This document shows positions 1 to 14,300 of a DNA stretch of 64,000 nt, piece after piece. The stretch is taken from assembly GCA_030704615.1 (NCBI GenBank), contig CM060732.1:19778001-19842000 (forward strand). The letters are read 5' to 3'. Source of the DNA: Takakia lepidozioides. Lineage: Eukaryota > Plantae > Bryophyta. How positions within the stretch are numbered: position 1 is the first letter of the stretch; each line of letters begins with the position of its first letter. A model generated the notes under the pieces. The model had not been told where the DNA came from. It did not search any database and worked only from the letters and a program-made list of their open reading frames with translations. The position numbers were made by a program, and so were the translations under genes.

Positions 1-1278
1 CGTAGTCATATGCTTTTCAATTTGGAGGTAGCAAAAGGACTAACGGAGGGGTAGGTTGGTCCCAGGAGAACAATGATGCCAGGGTCAGATGTGCACAACC
101 CGGTCACAGTGCATTTTTCCCTCAAGAGTAATAGGAGGAGGAAGTGTTGAATCCGGGGTTCGACAAAGGTACTTCTGTGCAATGTGTGGTGATCAGTCCA
201 TGTGCCTTGGACGATGTTTTGTGAAAAGCCACAGCATCTTGTGATGCATGTCAGCCCATGCTTTGAAGTTCACTAATTTGTTGGGTCATGTTCAATTTGC
301 AGGTGGATCTGAGTCTTCCGAAAGAAGGGTACCAACATCGCATCAAACTTTTTTATGTTGTAACTTTGTGTCTGATCCTGAACACTCTAACTTGTTTGGG
401 GTGTGAGGTACATGTTGTGGTTGTGCTTGAAGAGGTTGTACTAACTACTTACCAACATAGAGAGTCGTTTGACAAGTCCTAGCTTAGATCATGTGTAGGT
501 GATGTGTAGGGGGGCGGGGGGGGGGGGGGGGGGTGGGGGGTGTGGTGGTTGCACACTTGGGGGGGGGGGGGGGGGGGTGACACCCCCGTTGTGTCATGTG
601 TGAGCTGTTAGTTGGGGCAAGTTAGTTGGGTTCAAATCCCACTTACGCACTCATAAATCTGAAGCTGGTTTTCACATTTTGATGACAGATTGTTGGTGAC
701 AATGTCATGGTAGATTGCAAAAGGTGTAGGAGGAAGGCTGCACAGTCTTGTTCTCAGATAGAAGTAGGATCAGATCTGGAATTACAAAGACTCATTTGGA
801 AATCACAGTAAAATTCCTAAATCTCACCCCCTCCTGTTTGACCAAGTGTCACCACCCCAAATTTTGTTGAACTTCAACTTTTCTTTTTGGGTTGGATGCA
901 AGACCCCACCACGATGAAGAGGGAGCAGATTTGGATGATTTGGAGCTGATCCCGTCACCCAAAGATTGATCGCAGTGAATCCAATTTGTATTTTTTTGTG
1001 AGTGGGGCCCAAAAATGGGACCCACTTTCAACTATAGGGTTTTCTTGATTGTATCCTGATTGACTTGAAAATTAGCAGGGACCAGCAGCATGAAGGTATC
1101 CACTATCCACCTAATGTCCAGCCAAAACCTTTAAATTATTATGATTTATATTAATTTTACGCTGCAGGGGCTAGATTTTTGTTAAAAATAAATAAAAATG
1201 AGCACGGGGCACTTAAGGGTAAATCCAAATGACTGCCACAGTGGGGCATCAGATGGAGTGGTTGGAAGTGGTTTGAAC

Positions 1279-1998
1279 CAGTGTTGGACCGGTATCATAA
1301 ATATTTCATACCAGCCAAGGTCTGGTATCGTGGGTGAAGAGGCCTCCTTCATACCTAGCAGGTAATGGTATCAAATTTTAATGTACCAGTCTGGTATGTA
1401 TATTGATTTTTTTGCCTGGTATGGTATGGTATGGTATGGTATCAGTATTGCAATTTTCAAAACTTATATTGGGGGTATATCAAGAGTGGTATCAATACAT
1501 TGCAACATACAACCAAAATGAACAGAAAAAGCTTGAAAATCATAGCACCTAACAATTTGACCACATGAGAACCCCAAGCCCTTACTCAACTTTCTGAAGC
1601 ATCATGCAATCACATCACCTGCTGAAGAAATTGCTAGGTTCTTAAACGAAAATGCCAAGCTCAAGGCATGTGCAAAGCACTTTACATCAGAAATCCATCT
1701 GGCAGGTACAAAATTTGGCTGGCATATAGCCAAAGTTGCTGCACCCTAATGACGAACGCTCCACATATTGATACCTAGGGTGCAAGCAACAGCAGATGAC
1801 CGAGTACTGGTATCGCCAAAGCTGTGCTCTTTGCAATACCAGGCTGGTCTGGTAAGAGCCCAGGTATTAGGGTTTTGCTATACTGCCCCCAATATGTTCT
1901 GGCCGGGGTACTGCCCGTTGCTTATACCCGCCTGGTCTGGTACCCTGCTGCGATACCCTTACCCGTGCTGATACCCCGCCTATACCGGTCCAACACTG
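1279..1998. mobile_element. Non-autonomous hAT-like MITE, copy 1
   Basis: TIRs CAGTGTTGGACCGGTAT...ATACCGGTCCAACACTG; 8-bp TSD GTTTGAAC at 1271-1278 and 1999-2006; many internal GGTAT/ATACC motifs. Confidence 0.8.
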
Positions 1999-2006
1999 GT
2001 TTGAAC

Positions 2007-2417
2007 CGATGTTGGACTGGTATATGGTCTAAGGCCTGGTATCAATACTGGTATTTGATACCATAACAGCCTGGTCTACGGTTGGGCTATACTCATGCCG
2101 ATACCAAGATACGCACATACAAATCTTTGGAAGATATGCATAGACACCACACTATGGTATTACATTCAGGATACTAGTATTCATACCAATTTCCTGCAAG
2201 CCAACCTCCTCTCTTGCCTGGTATGAATCTGTAGTCAATTAGGTGTTTGCTTCATTTGCTTCATACTACACTTGGTATTCAATAGTTAGTTTTTGCAAGC
2301 TCAAATTCTGATACAGTGTTGGAACAGTTCTGAGCAGTTCTGGTATCTCATTGCTTAAGAGACCTATATACCAGGGCCAGACTGGTATGTGAATAACCTG
2401 ATACCAGTCCAACACTG
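2007..2417. mobile_element. Non-autonomous hAT-like MITE, copy 2, in tandem with copy 1
   Basis: Ends CGATGTTGGACTGGTAT...ATACCAGTCCAACACTG; flanked by GTTTGAAC (1999-2006) and GTTCGAAC (2418-2425). Confidence 0.75.
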
Positions 2418-3576
2418 GTTCGAACCACTTGACATTTAATATTATATTTAATTAACAAATATAATAAATAGTATTATATTTAATTAATAGATATAGTATT
2501 TTGACGTGGACTTGAGCGCTGATTTGTAGTGGTAATTCGTGAGTGATTCAAGACACATAAGTGACTCATATCACTTCTACAGTTACACAGAGTTTTTTTT
2601 TTCCTTTTGAAGTAAAAGAATTGATTAGGATGTAGGGTTGCAAAAGCCTTGTCCTCTCATTTCAATCATGCTGAGGCCCTGTGGCACACAGGTGGAAGAA
2701 GAGCTCGGCTGAAAAGCTGAGAAAGTTGAGAAGATTATCCGTCGTGTTTTCTCTTAGACGTATTATGCGGTATGTGCATCCTTTTTGCTTCAGACCTTCA
2801 GACTCCTCTGGTGAAATTTCTAGCTTCTATAGATGAATTTTTGAAATAAACGTCCCTTGGCCCATCAAATCTCCATCACTACACTAATATCAACTTGAGT
2901 AGATAGGGAATAAGGATCCCTATTCATGCATCAAGGGATGACTGATGTGGCTGTCTTGCCATAGACCGGGTGACGACGTTGAATCTCCGATTTGATGATC
3001 ATTATTTTGAACGGTACAGTTGATATCTCATACAACTTTCTCGAATATTGGGTGTCCATCTGCTAGTGAGATGCCATGCCCAATTCCTCTTCTTTTAATA
3101 CCTACTCTACAGTAAGCTTTGTAGTATGAGGCCTTTGTTGGGTCGAGTCCGAACCTGCTGAATGCAGACCTTGTAACTGATTCCAGGAAGCCATTAAGAA
3201 TTTATCCCGTGCTCGATGGGTTTCAGACACTGGCTAGAGTACATTTGTTCACACTAATGGTAACATTTACTGCACCCAATCTTCCAACTGGGTATTCGAA
3301 TGATTGAGAAATGATATGTACATGATCCAGCCTGAGTCCTTGTTGGGCTAGAACGAGCTAAAAAAGCTCTAACTACATCTACTCGATGAGGTCTACATTA
3401 TAGCCAGCTACAGCAAAAAATTGGGGTCAGAATGTACTAAAAGTACAATTTCCACCGACCATCCAGCAAATCCCAGACTCTAGCTACCAATAGAGTGTGC
3501 AGTCAGGTACATGGCATCCCAAACAAGCATGCACGTACACCGGCTAGAAAACCACTCAATTTAAGTGATATGCAAC

Positions 3577-6500
3577 TCAGCCAATCAAATACTGAGCCAC
3601 AAAACCCTCTAGCCACTCGTCCTCAATGGAGTCCAGCACCTCGTCCTCCATGCTGCCATCAAGATTGGCCACCATAGAGTCACAAACATCTTCAAACAAA
3701 AATTGCTCATCAGCCACTGATATGGTGAGATCCCTGGAAGCTGGTTCTGCACTTAGAGTGGAGCAGAGCTGCGGCGGACTCATTGGAGAGATAAGGCCAC
3801 TGGCATTCTCATAACCCATGGTATTAGAGCTGACTGGTGGGCTTATACTGACAGCCAGAGCCAGAGGCGCTGTCATGCCAAAGGTTCTCTTTCTAGTAGA
3901 AACTGGAACAAGACAGCAAGGTGACACTTCTTCACAGGAGCTAGAGTCACCTGCAAAATGCTCTGCATGTTCCATGATTTTAGTATGGCCTGGTACCATC
4001 GAGTCCTTCCCATCATCTTTCCCATCATCACATAGAATTTCCTCAAGCTTTGCACTTGGTTGTGGATTGACTCCTTCTCCAACCTGAAAGATGCAGATCA
4101 AGTTGTCCACATCAGGGGTCAAATGCTCAGGATGTGTCAACAACTTACCACGACAAAATAAAATCAAATACAAACTACTTCCACCTGTGTGAGTTCCAGC
4201 TTTTGTGGGAGATGAAAAGGGTGCGCCTAAGGCTAGCATTCCCGTACAGGTTGTCTCGTTACATTTCTGTGAATCCATCTCATCAGCACTCACAAAAGTA
4301 TGCACAGGCAGCTCTCAGCCCAGCAATCATAATAACAACTGTTGAAGGTAATCAGAAATTCACAAATATACTGCAAAACTAACATCCTCCCATGATGTAA
4401 TGCAGAACCCTGTTTAGAGTGCCAGCCATACGACAGTTGGAAGCAAATGTGCATAACCTAACTTGAGCCTCGTCAAGGCTGTGAAGGCAGATGAGCATAC
4501 TATGATATTTACCTCACTGTCACTAGTGCAAGTAATCTGCTGGCTGCTGTTTGTGGAGTCTCCATACAAGTTTGGAGTGTTCAAGGGCTGTAACTTCCTG
4601 CTAACCTCCAGCAGTTCCTGAGTCAGCTTCTCCAAATTCTTCGTCAAGTTCTTATTCTCTGCCTCAAAATTCTTGGCGAGTTGAGTGGCAAACCTCACCT
4701 TTCCGAGGAGTGAGGCATTCTCGAGTCGCAACTGAGCAGTCTGCCAACCGCATAACAGCTTTTGTAGTTAGAGCCATAGTTCAACATCATCATGGTCACG
4801 AGTTCTTTACAATGACAGCAGACTTTACTGGGAGAACAGCATGTGCCAGCAGATGCATGTCAACATGTGCACAGGTCATTGAACTGCTATCAGACACTAC
4901 TCCTGGGGTCACACCGAGGTAAGCAACCATCCAAATTATCCCATTGAACAATTAACATACTTGGTAAAAGTGCTGAATGGTCCTCTGTCCATTTCTCTCC
5001 CCTAGCTGTCAAAATGGAACTTGACAGGAAAGTGATCAAGAAATTATGCACTCTTACAGGTTGTGCCGAGGCTACCAATGTCATCAAACACTTTCTCATA
5101 ACAAATATCAGTGCGTTCAAGGTGTGAGCCACACATCAAAGAAGGAGCTTACCAATATTTCCAGCTGATCCAAACGGTCCTGCCGCCTTTGCCTTGATCG
5201 CTGTGCTGATGCCCGATTTGAGAGCATTCTTCATCACACCATTGCAGAGAACAGACAAGATCCAGACTTCAGACTTTGAAGACAGAGACAACCAAGCAAT
5301 TGCTGCACGAGACATTATCTTTCAGACTCAGACTGAATCATATTGCTTAAAAGACACATATGTGGCTGTCTATGGGAGCACTTTGAGATGTTGAGGCCAG
5401 TTATTCCACCTCCATTGTTGGTGCTCTTAAGTTTGACCAAGAGAGGAGGGCTTGTAAAAATCACATTAGGGAGACCTGTTCAGCGATGAAAATCACCGAG
5501 GCTGTAGTGGTGGGCTGAATTTCGATCTGCCTACATCAAACCATAACTGCCCAGTGAGACACAAATTTAAATCATACTGTGATCAACACACCTCCGCTTC
5601 CTCTTCTCATCGATAACGACTGGCTTCATCTCGTCATCGGTGCACTTGTCTACATCCATCGTTTCAGAGCTGTGCTCGGCCTGAGGGGGTCTCGTTTTAC
5701 TTTCAGGTCCATGCTTCGTCAAATCGTTTGGCAACTTGCCACCGCTACTCGTATCGCTGGCAGAAGTGGCGCCCTTCTTCGCAAATGCAGAGCTTGGTTC
5801 ACACCCTGCATCGCCTTTGGTGATGCCCGACTCGAGCCATGTTGATTTCGTACCAGGCTCCGACTTACTCGACGATGTAGCCGGATCAGGATGCACCTCA
5901 TGGTTCCCAGCGACCAACTCAGCTTCACTCTTGCCTATACTTGTAGGCAACTGCACTGTCTTCTCTTCAAAGCCAAGTGGCCTCCTAGGTGTACAAGGCT
6001 GTGAAGGAGAAACATCCATGAACACGGGCGCCGAAGGGGCCGGGCAGCTGGACGCACTTGTGCCCAACAGCTGCTGCCCCGGTGACGCCTGATGGTCGTT
6101 CAATCTCTCATGCTGCTTTAGAATTTCTGAGGCCGACCAAACATTGTTTGGAAGCTCACAAGGACCTCTGGCTCCCAACGTCTTAGGAGAGTTCGGCGTT
6201 GCTGGCTCCAAGCTGTCCCTGTGCCCAAAAGAAGCAGTTGTTAAGTATAACAGATCAAAGAATTTCACTAGTCCACCGGTACAAAGACCTCGTATGAATT
6301 TCCGACTTATGTGCAATGTGCACACTAGAATCCTGTATCGAGATCTCATCTCTCCATTTCTATGCGGCTCTGCTTTCGGCTTTCGCATCTGGTACATGCC
6401 GTGGCATCACAAGAATTTTCTACTGGCAAGTAAGCAGACATAGATGGCGACGCTGACAGCATTCCTCTTCGGTGACATTGGCGGGGGTCATGGCCCAGGC

Positions 6501-7161
6501 ACTTGCTTGTGTGCACAGAACTTCCAAAGAGTTTCAGTTGGATCTGATCAATGTCAAACTGTAAGCCGGAATCCCTCTCATGTTTGAAGACTTATACAAG
6601 TTAGCAGAACATCAGAAGAACTCCTTGAATACTTAAAAAGCTTCGCATTCACAACCCAATTCGTTCATTTCTTCGAACCCGGCAACCACATTTCGTTGAA
6701 ACACAAGCACATGCTATAGGATGGTGTGGAGCCATACACTGGGAGCTCTCCGGCAGGCTCATCACTGACTGTTCCCAACGTGGGAACACCTGCGGGCAGC
6801 AGCGGAAGTTTGATGCCAGCAGCACAAAATTCTGCATCGCCCTCACCGAGACTCGCCCAGTAGAAGTCGTCCAATAGATAATCGGGCGGACTGGACTGAA
6901 CACCCTGGGGATAGTATGGGACCCTCTGATGCCTCGCTCCATAGCCCTGAACGCGCCTGAACGATGGAAGAACAGGCACTGATGTTTCCGGCGGCAAACA
7001 CATGGTCGCGCTGCTCGTAATCCACCTCCCTCACTCGCTGGATCGCCCACTCTCCCTCTCTCTCTTCTCCTGTCACTCAACCGCTCAATCTCTCCTGTTG
7101 CTCGTATACTCTTTCCTCCTCCACCTTTAATCAACTGCTCTGCGATCGCCAATCCGAACAA
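3577..7161 (-). pseudogene. Degraded coding-like region of unknown function (low-complexity and coiled-coil segments), probably a TE accessory gene
   Basis: Several co-oriented minus-strand ORFs (242, 105 and 276 aa) separated by stops; coiled-coil-like NKNLTKNLEKLTQELLEVSRKL; no recognisable domain. Confidence 0.3.
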
Positions 7162-8649
7162 GTCCAGACAAAGATCTGTCGTCTAGCTCTCTCTGACACA
7201 ACGGAATATCCCCCCGTCTTTCTAGAAGTGCAAGTGGGCACCCCGCAGCCTTCTTCCTCCGCCCAGTCACGGATTCTTCTCCCCAATGTACCAATACTTG
7301 GCACCCATATACGTATATTATCATATGTACCGTATAAATGTAGCCTGTGTCTCATTGTGATGAGGTGTCTAGGCAAATCTTTGTCAGGTCCGAGTCAACA
7401 AAGCGAATCTGCAGGGCAATGAAAGTGCGTGAGGCAGTGCCATGTGAAGCTCTCTCTCTCTCTTGCACCTTTGGCTGGTATGTACCACACACCCACACTC
7501 CCTACTACCTATACCTACTACCCAGTACTACACCATATTTGGGTGGAATCGTGGTCTATGCCTTGCCAACACTTTCCTAACTAAAGTAGTTAGCTTCTCC
7601 TCTCACTATTAAGGGGCCTGATTTGTGAGCTGTCGCTCCCAGGTGTTTCCCTTTCAAAAAATAAAATAAAAAGTTAGCTTTACTATATGACCTAAGTTAG
7701 CATTAGGGAGGTCTAGAGAGTCTACGACCGTTAATCATCGACCAACAAATAAAGGGTCCGGACCGTGATTGTCACAGTTGTTATTGTCAGCTCCATGAAT
7801 GAAATGGGGTGTAGATTGGGCCGTACCAAGCCCTCCCCACCGTACCTATGGTGCCACACAGTCTCTTTTTTTTTGCGATTTTTTTTAATTTAAAAATAAA
7901 AGAGGAGGAAGCCATGTAAATCATATTGGAGGGGAATCCTGGAAAAAATAACCAAGACCAGAGGCCATAAGGCTTACATTTAGTTTGCTTAAAGCTTGCC
8001 CTGGGGGGCTTGGCCCATGCTCAAGGATACTGAGAGTTTTGAACTGAAGAGAAGCTAAGGTAGTCCCTAGGCAAAGAGCTGCCTATCTGAACTAAGCAGA
8101 GCAGTCATCTAGAATTGAGTGACAGAGTACCAGTAAGACAGAACCAGATGGTCCAACAAGAAACCAGCGAGCTACTGGAGGCCGAACTACCAGCCCATCT
8201 TTCTTTGCTATAAGAGCATAGAGGAAGGTAAGGGAGCAAAACAACTCCCCAATCTTGTGATAGACAGGGAGCCAGGCGTACAAACGATTGAAGACCAGAG
8301 CCAACATCCTAAAGCAACATCAGAAAAGAAATGAGAGCAGAATAATATCCAATCAGCGTTTTGCCCTGAGGGGCTCGAAATTGAGATGAGCTCTAATAAT
8401 AGATTCACGATTCTTTTTATGCCGCCAATTGATGTCGCACTCCTCCACCTCTGCCGAGGAAGCCCAATGATTGGGAGACTCACCAGTCGATTGGAGGTCC
8501 GGGTGCCCATCGGACTCTTTCTCCCTGTCTTTCACATAGAAGTCCAAAGTGCCCCCATTGGGCATCAAATTCCGAGAGAGGGCAGCCCGCCGCTCCTCAG
8601 CGCATCTGCGGCCAGCTGTTCAACTAGCAACCCCTCTCAAAGTTTATGA

Positions 8650-11380
8650 CCCTCACAATAAGTCATAGAAGATGGAGGCCAAAGAGGCTTTGGCACAGGT
8701 TGGCTTTTGATCAAATATGAAGGCGCACCGAGCCTTCAAGATATGCCAAAGGCCGAGGCCACGAAGGGCTACCCAAACTTGATAGGATCCAGGAGGAAGA
8801 GGAGGAGTCAAGAGCGGAATTAACAAGGGATCCCTATAATCAAAGTTGTGCCATTTAGCATACAAGGAAATCTCTAATCAGAGGAGCAAGATCTGCAAAC
8901 ATTATCAAGAGGCAATTGAGTAAAAGAAAGAAGAAGGATCAGATTGCATAGTTTCCACAAAAAGGCTGAAACCTTCGCCGCCCGTTGTTTCCTCTAGACA
9001 TCCACCCAAATGAATTTCCAAGCAGCTTCTGGAACTATGATGGGAGCCCATTTAGCTGAAAGCTTAGCAATAATGGGATGGGGCTTGAGAAGGATCTTAT
9101 AACCCAATTTGGCGGTGTAAGCAAAGAACGACTTGGTATTATCCTGCACACACCAAGTCCATTCCCCCGGGTCCCATTGAAGCTGGGCCAAGGGCATGTT
9201 AAGAAACCAGAACAAAGAAATTGCAGAGTCCCATTGTAGTAAGGTGCCCGCTGCGCCTGCTCCGCCTGGGGGGTGCACTCTTTATAAAATGTTTGTATCA
9301 AAGATTCGGACTCCGTTGTAAACAGGGTTGCTTGTGCCAGCTGAATCAAAGATTCTGATGACAAAGGTGCAGTCAAACTGACAAGTCATGTAACCCAAAG
9401 AGACCAGAGAGCCCGATGAGTTGGCAGCGAAGCCCACCCCAATGGCCACACGATTGTGGATCTCAGAACCATGATGGGAGCCCATTTAGCTGAAAGCTTA
9501 GCAATAATGGGATGGGGATTGAGAAGGATCTTATAACCCAATTTGGTGGTGTAAGCAAAGAACGAATTGGTATTATCCTGCACACACCAAGTCCATTCCC
9601 CCGGGTCCCATTGAAGCTGGGCCAAGGGCATGTTAAGAAACCAAAACAAAGAAATTGCAGAGTCCCATTGTAGTAAGGTGCCCGCTTCGCCTGCTCCGCC
9701 TGGGGGGTGCACTCTTTATAAAATGTTTGTATCAAAGATTCGGACTCTGTTGTAAACAGGGTTGCTTGTGCCAGCTGAATCAAAGATTCTGATGACAAAG
9801 GTGCAGTCAAACTGACAAGTCATGTAACCCAAGAGACAAGGAGAGCCCATGAGTTGGCAGCGAAGCCCACCCCAATGGCCACACTGTTGTGGATCTCAGA
9901 ACCATATATAGCACTAATAGGAATGCCAACCAGGCAACCTCTCCAAGCAGGGGGTTTCCACTGATCGCGACCACTGGTAAGAAGGGAAGACCACCTCTGG
10001 GTCACAGCTGCAGTAATAAAAGGCCAACCAGACATAAGAGAGATAGGGTGAACTTTACCAGACCAATGCTCCCGGGGGACCAGTCCAGAGGCAGACCAGA
10101 CATCCTTGACCAAGGAAATCCCCGCTTTATCCCATGAGGCCTATCTTGCCGAGCAATTAGCCAATACTTCACAGACAAGTTGCATGTTCCCAAAAATTGG
10201 CTGGCGGAAAGCCTCATCCCAATTTCTAGGGGGAGGTTGGTTATAAAAATCACCAAGCAAATTCCAGCGCGTTCCAAATGGCTTGCTAGGCCAATGAACC
10301 CACAGATTGCTTCGAGTTTCCTAGAGCCACCCAAGTAAAGCCGTAATCTCACGATCCAGGTCCAAGATCCCCAAGCGCCCTTGTTTTTTCCTAAGGCAAA
10401 ACTGAGACCACGAAAGCAAAACACGGTTAACAATCTTAGCATTAGAAGCGCCCCACAAGAAAAGTACGATATCAAAGCTTTAATGAATTGATCAAGCTTT
10501 AATGAATTGGAGGATTTTGGTGCCCAGGCCCCAGATTGAGGCTATGAACCATAAAGCCGCCGGCAGGACTTGGTTGGCAACCAAAGCCCTCCCTGCAATG
10601 GAAAGCTGAGCAGAACACCAAAAAGTCAGTTTGGATTTTAGGGAGCGAAGAATCGGAGCAAAACGGTCATGCTGAGAAAGGCCATGCCCAATCAAATAGC
10701 CAAGCAACTTACAAGACTCCCCCTCACAGAGCCAATACAAGGCTCAAGCCCTTATCCAACCCCCACATTGGCAGATGCGCAATGGTAAAGCTACTGAGTT
10801 GAGAGAGGATACCAATAGATTTAGGCCAATTTACCTTGAAACTTGAAGCCAGGCTGAATCAATCCAAGGAGCCTCAATATTAGGGCGACAGTCATTACGA
10901 AGGTAAAAACTATGTCATCAGCGTACATAGACAAAGTGAGGTTGAGGAAAAAGGAGAGGGAATTGAAGACCCAAAATGTGTGGATGCGCATCCATAAGGT
11001 GTCAAAAAAAAGAAAAATATGACGCCTCCCGAAGGGAGTGTAACTTATGGTGTCACTTCACCACAAGGGCCATAAGGTGTCACAAACAGTTTGTAGCAAT
11101 CAGGAAAAGAAAAGGGGATAAAGGGCAACCCCGATGGACAGAGCGTTGAAGGGCAAAGGATCTAGAAAGGGAGCATAGTCATAACCCTACTAGAGGCGGA
11201 GAAGAGGAGAATTTGAACCCAAGAAGGGAATTGAGAGTGAATGCCCGCACTTGAATCGCCAAAATGAGAAAGTTCCAGTGAATTAGGTCAAAAGCCTTTT
11301 ATAAATCCAGCATTAGTAAAGCCAAAGGTTGATTGCAATAGCGGCAAAACTCCTCATTGGCGAGCATTACGTGTCACAGT
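8650..11380 (-). mobile_element. Degenerate L1-clade LINE ORF2 (RT and downstream region)
   Basis: Minus-strand motifs LLMLDL*KAFDLIHWNF (~11270-11320), GCPLSPFLF (~11105-11135), MYADD (~10915-10930) and LKSKLTFWCSAQLSIAGRALVANQVL; many stops and frameshifts. Confidence 0.85.
9032..9905. repeat. Direct tandem duplication, ~434-bp unit, inside the LINE
   Basis: Near-identical sequence at an offset of 433-434 bp (ORFs 9035..9376 and 9463..9810 are nearly identical). Confidence 0.9.
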
Positions 11381-14300
11381 CTTGCACCAATGAGGTTATT
11401 AATTTGGATGCATTTTTATTTTAGTCATGCATAATAATATAATCTGACATTTACAGGGACTGTCCCCCTTTTAACTAAATAAAATTCAAATATATATATA
11501 TATATATTATATTATAATATATAGATATATTGTTCCTGAGAACTTTATTTGGAGTTATTGGAGGGGAAAAATCTAAAACCCTCTGTTAGTCCTTCTTAAA
11601 TATCCATAAACTTCATCTAATAAAATAATAAATATCTACACTCATCCATCAATAGAACACCTATTGGAACATGTGCCCAGCTGGACCGACTCAAAATATA
11701 AGGTAAGACCAGTGTTGGGGAGGTATATTGTTTACCCGGATATACCAGCCGGGTAAGTATATCCGGGTTATTTCCTGATATATATACTGGAGTGACAGAT
11801 TTGGGGACCCAGACACATACACTTTATGTTAGGGTATATGTTTTTATAAGCCCCCACTTTTTCACTTGCCCTCCATCATGGGTTATTATACTGTCAAAGT
11901 TAGTTTACTAGTATGAAACTAGCTAGGAAATAGTTAGTTTGATTATATAACATTTGGGATGACCCAAGTATCAATCCAGGGCCAATATTGTTGGGGCACC
12001 TGACGTTGTTATCTTCACGGCAGATCGCGGTGGGCTCATCTTTCTCGAGTTGAGCCTCACCGCGTCTAGCTATGGCGCCGTAGTGTGGATTCCCCATGGC
12101 GTGTGGTGTGCACTTGGCTCGACTTTAATATATGAGTGATGTTTTCATGTGCAAATATGTGAGTTTGAGAGAGCTTGTGTGCTTGTATCATTCTTTCTTT
12201 ATCACTCGAGAAAGATTAGCTCGAATCTGTGAGTGCCAGGTTCGAGTTAGTTGTTCCATTGGTTTTCGATCCATGAGAAGCGGTCAACCTAGAGTGCAGG
12301 GATCATGCTGAGCCTATCCAAAGCGGATAGAGTGCAAAGGCGAACAAGTTTGCAATTGATATAGAGAGGCGGGTTAGCCTATGTTGAAGGGCGGCGGGCG
12401 TGCCGACTCAACGCTATGGCAACCAAGTTTGGGCTTTAGTAGAAGCGGAGGAGGTGCTGGCCACGAGTGGGTGAACTGGTGGTCGTCTTCTTCTGGCTTG
12501 CAAGCCAAATAGTGGAGCTGCGAGGGGATGCATCGCAGCCTGTTGGGAGCTTCAGCTCCAAGCTCATGAAGAGGTATGAGTGAAGAGAGGAGGTTGGTCC
12601 CTCTTGTGTACAAATTAGTGCACTTGTGAAGCATGTGTGATGAGTTGGGGTGTAATATGAAACTCAGCAGTTGGTAAGGGCTCTTGGAGTGGTGAGAGCG
12701 GGGCTGGAAGGGCAGTTAGTATAGCGAGGCGTCCTAGAGCCAGGGAATATGCATTGAGAAGTGAAGTACACCAAGGTTGTAAAGGGTGTATTTTCAGATT
12801 TGTTTTTGTGAGCTTCATGAAGAAAATGGAGCTTGTTGGGCAGCATATAGCTTGCTTGTTGAGTTTTGGGGGCTTCTAGTGGGTCGTGAGGAGCTCAAGA
12901 GTGCAGGGGCACCGGGGGGCTGATGGCTCCGTAGAAGCCATAGCTCAGCGGCAGTAGGTTGCAAGTGCAAGAGCAAACCCCAGCTCGGGGAGAGATCGGG
13001 AAAGCGTGGAACGCAGGGAACGTATGGGAACTAGTTGGGAATCCAGGGAACGTGGGGAACATTGGCCATGAGGGGCAGTGGGGGCGGTGTCACGAGGTAC
13101 CACAAGCCAAGGCCGTGACTGTTGACCGTGACCGTTGACCGTGACCGTGGGAAGCCATGGTGCGGACACCACGGGTGGGCACGGTGACCAGATCGTGGGG
13201 ATGGCGGGCCGTGAAGGCTCGTGGGCGTGGTACCACGGGGTATCACGGAGCAGCCCGTGGCCAACAAGTGCCTAGGGCGGGCCGTGAGGAGTCCTGGCGG
13301 TTGGAGCCACGGAAGGCCGCGAATAGCCAGAGTGGAAAATAATAATAATAATTATTATTATTATTATTATTATTTGTCACTCGTTTCGTGGGATCTTGAT
13401 GGGGAGGCTGGGCTCTAAAGAACAACGGTTTTGAGCTAGCTGATCCGGCAGAAAAGTAGGAATTGCCTCTCTGTTGCGTTTTAACAAAGGGGGTTACTTC
13501 CTTGTAGGTAATCTTTTTGGGTTTTCAGCCCAATTCTTAACATTGAACATTCAATGAATGGCGTGGTTTCCTGAGGTGGTCCATTCGGAGGAATGGCTGG
13601 TGGATGTAAAGAGGCACTGGCGGACCCTGTGGAGGCTTCCATGGGGCCTTGGAGGTCAAGTTTCATGAGCTCATGGAGGGCAGTTTGAGGAGTGTCTACA
13701 GGATGCTCTCATGGTCATGCAAGTGAGAGAAGAGAGGAAAAAAGAGGGTGTTGGGATGAGAGCGTGCTGGGGATAGGCATTGATTTAGCTTCCCTTCCTC
13801 ATAGCTTCCCACCTTCTTTGTAGGCCGAGACCTTTTCGTAGGTGGAGGCAAGAGTCAGTCCGGGTTTGGGCTGGGGTGTCCTTGCAGGAGCGACACTGTG
13901 GAGTTGTTTTTGGTATGGGAGAGTTGTTGTTTTCATTCTTGTGTTTGGATCCCCTCCACACCTGCATGCTTGATTGTGCGCCAAGAGGAGGAGGTACCAA
14001 TGAGGACCAAAACCAGGGTATCACCATCCTCTACAAGCTCATGAATCTTTTGAAAAAGCTTCGTCACCTGCTCCGTTGTCCAATTATGCAACACACGTTC
14101 ACATTAGTTCTCCATTGATTGAGGGGCACCGCAGCAAAGATAACTGCATATTTGATAAAATACTAGGGTAAAAAAAACATTCATTTCACAGCTTCTCCTC
14201 GTCTTTGTTACCTGTTTCTGGACACATTGGCAGTATCAAGTCAAAAGTCACTCCAAACTATCAAAGGTTCACTCAACCAGCTAACTTGCAGAATTCAACA

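Noticed and set aside
508-580. Long G-runs as functional G-quadruplexes
   Set aside because: Homopolymers recur in repeats across the window, their lengths are error-prone, and there is no functional evidence.
11900-14100. Short ORFs, CCGTG-rich tract and AAT/ATT microsatellite as a gene
   Set aside because: No domain motifs; probably decayed retroelement non-coding DNA.
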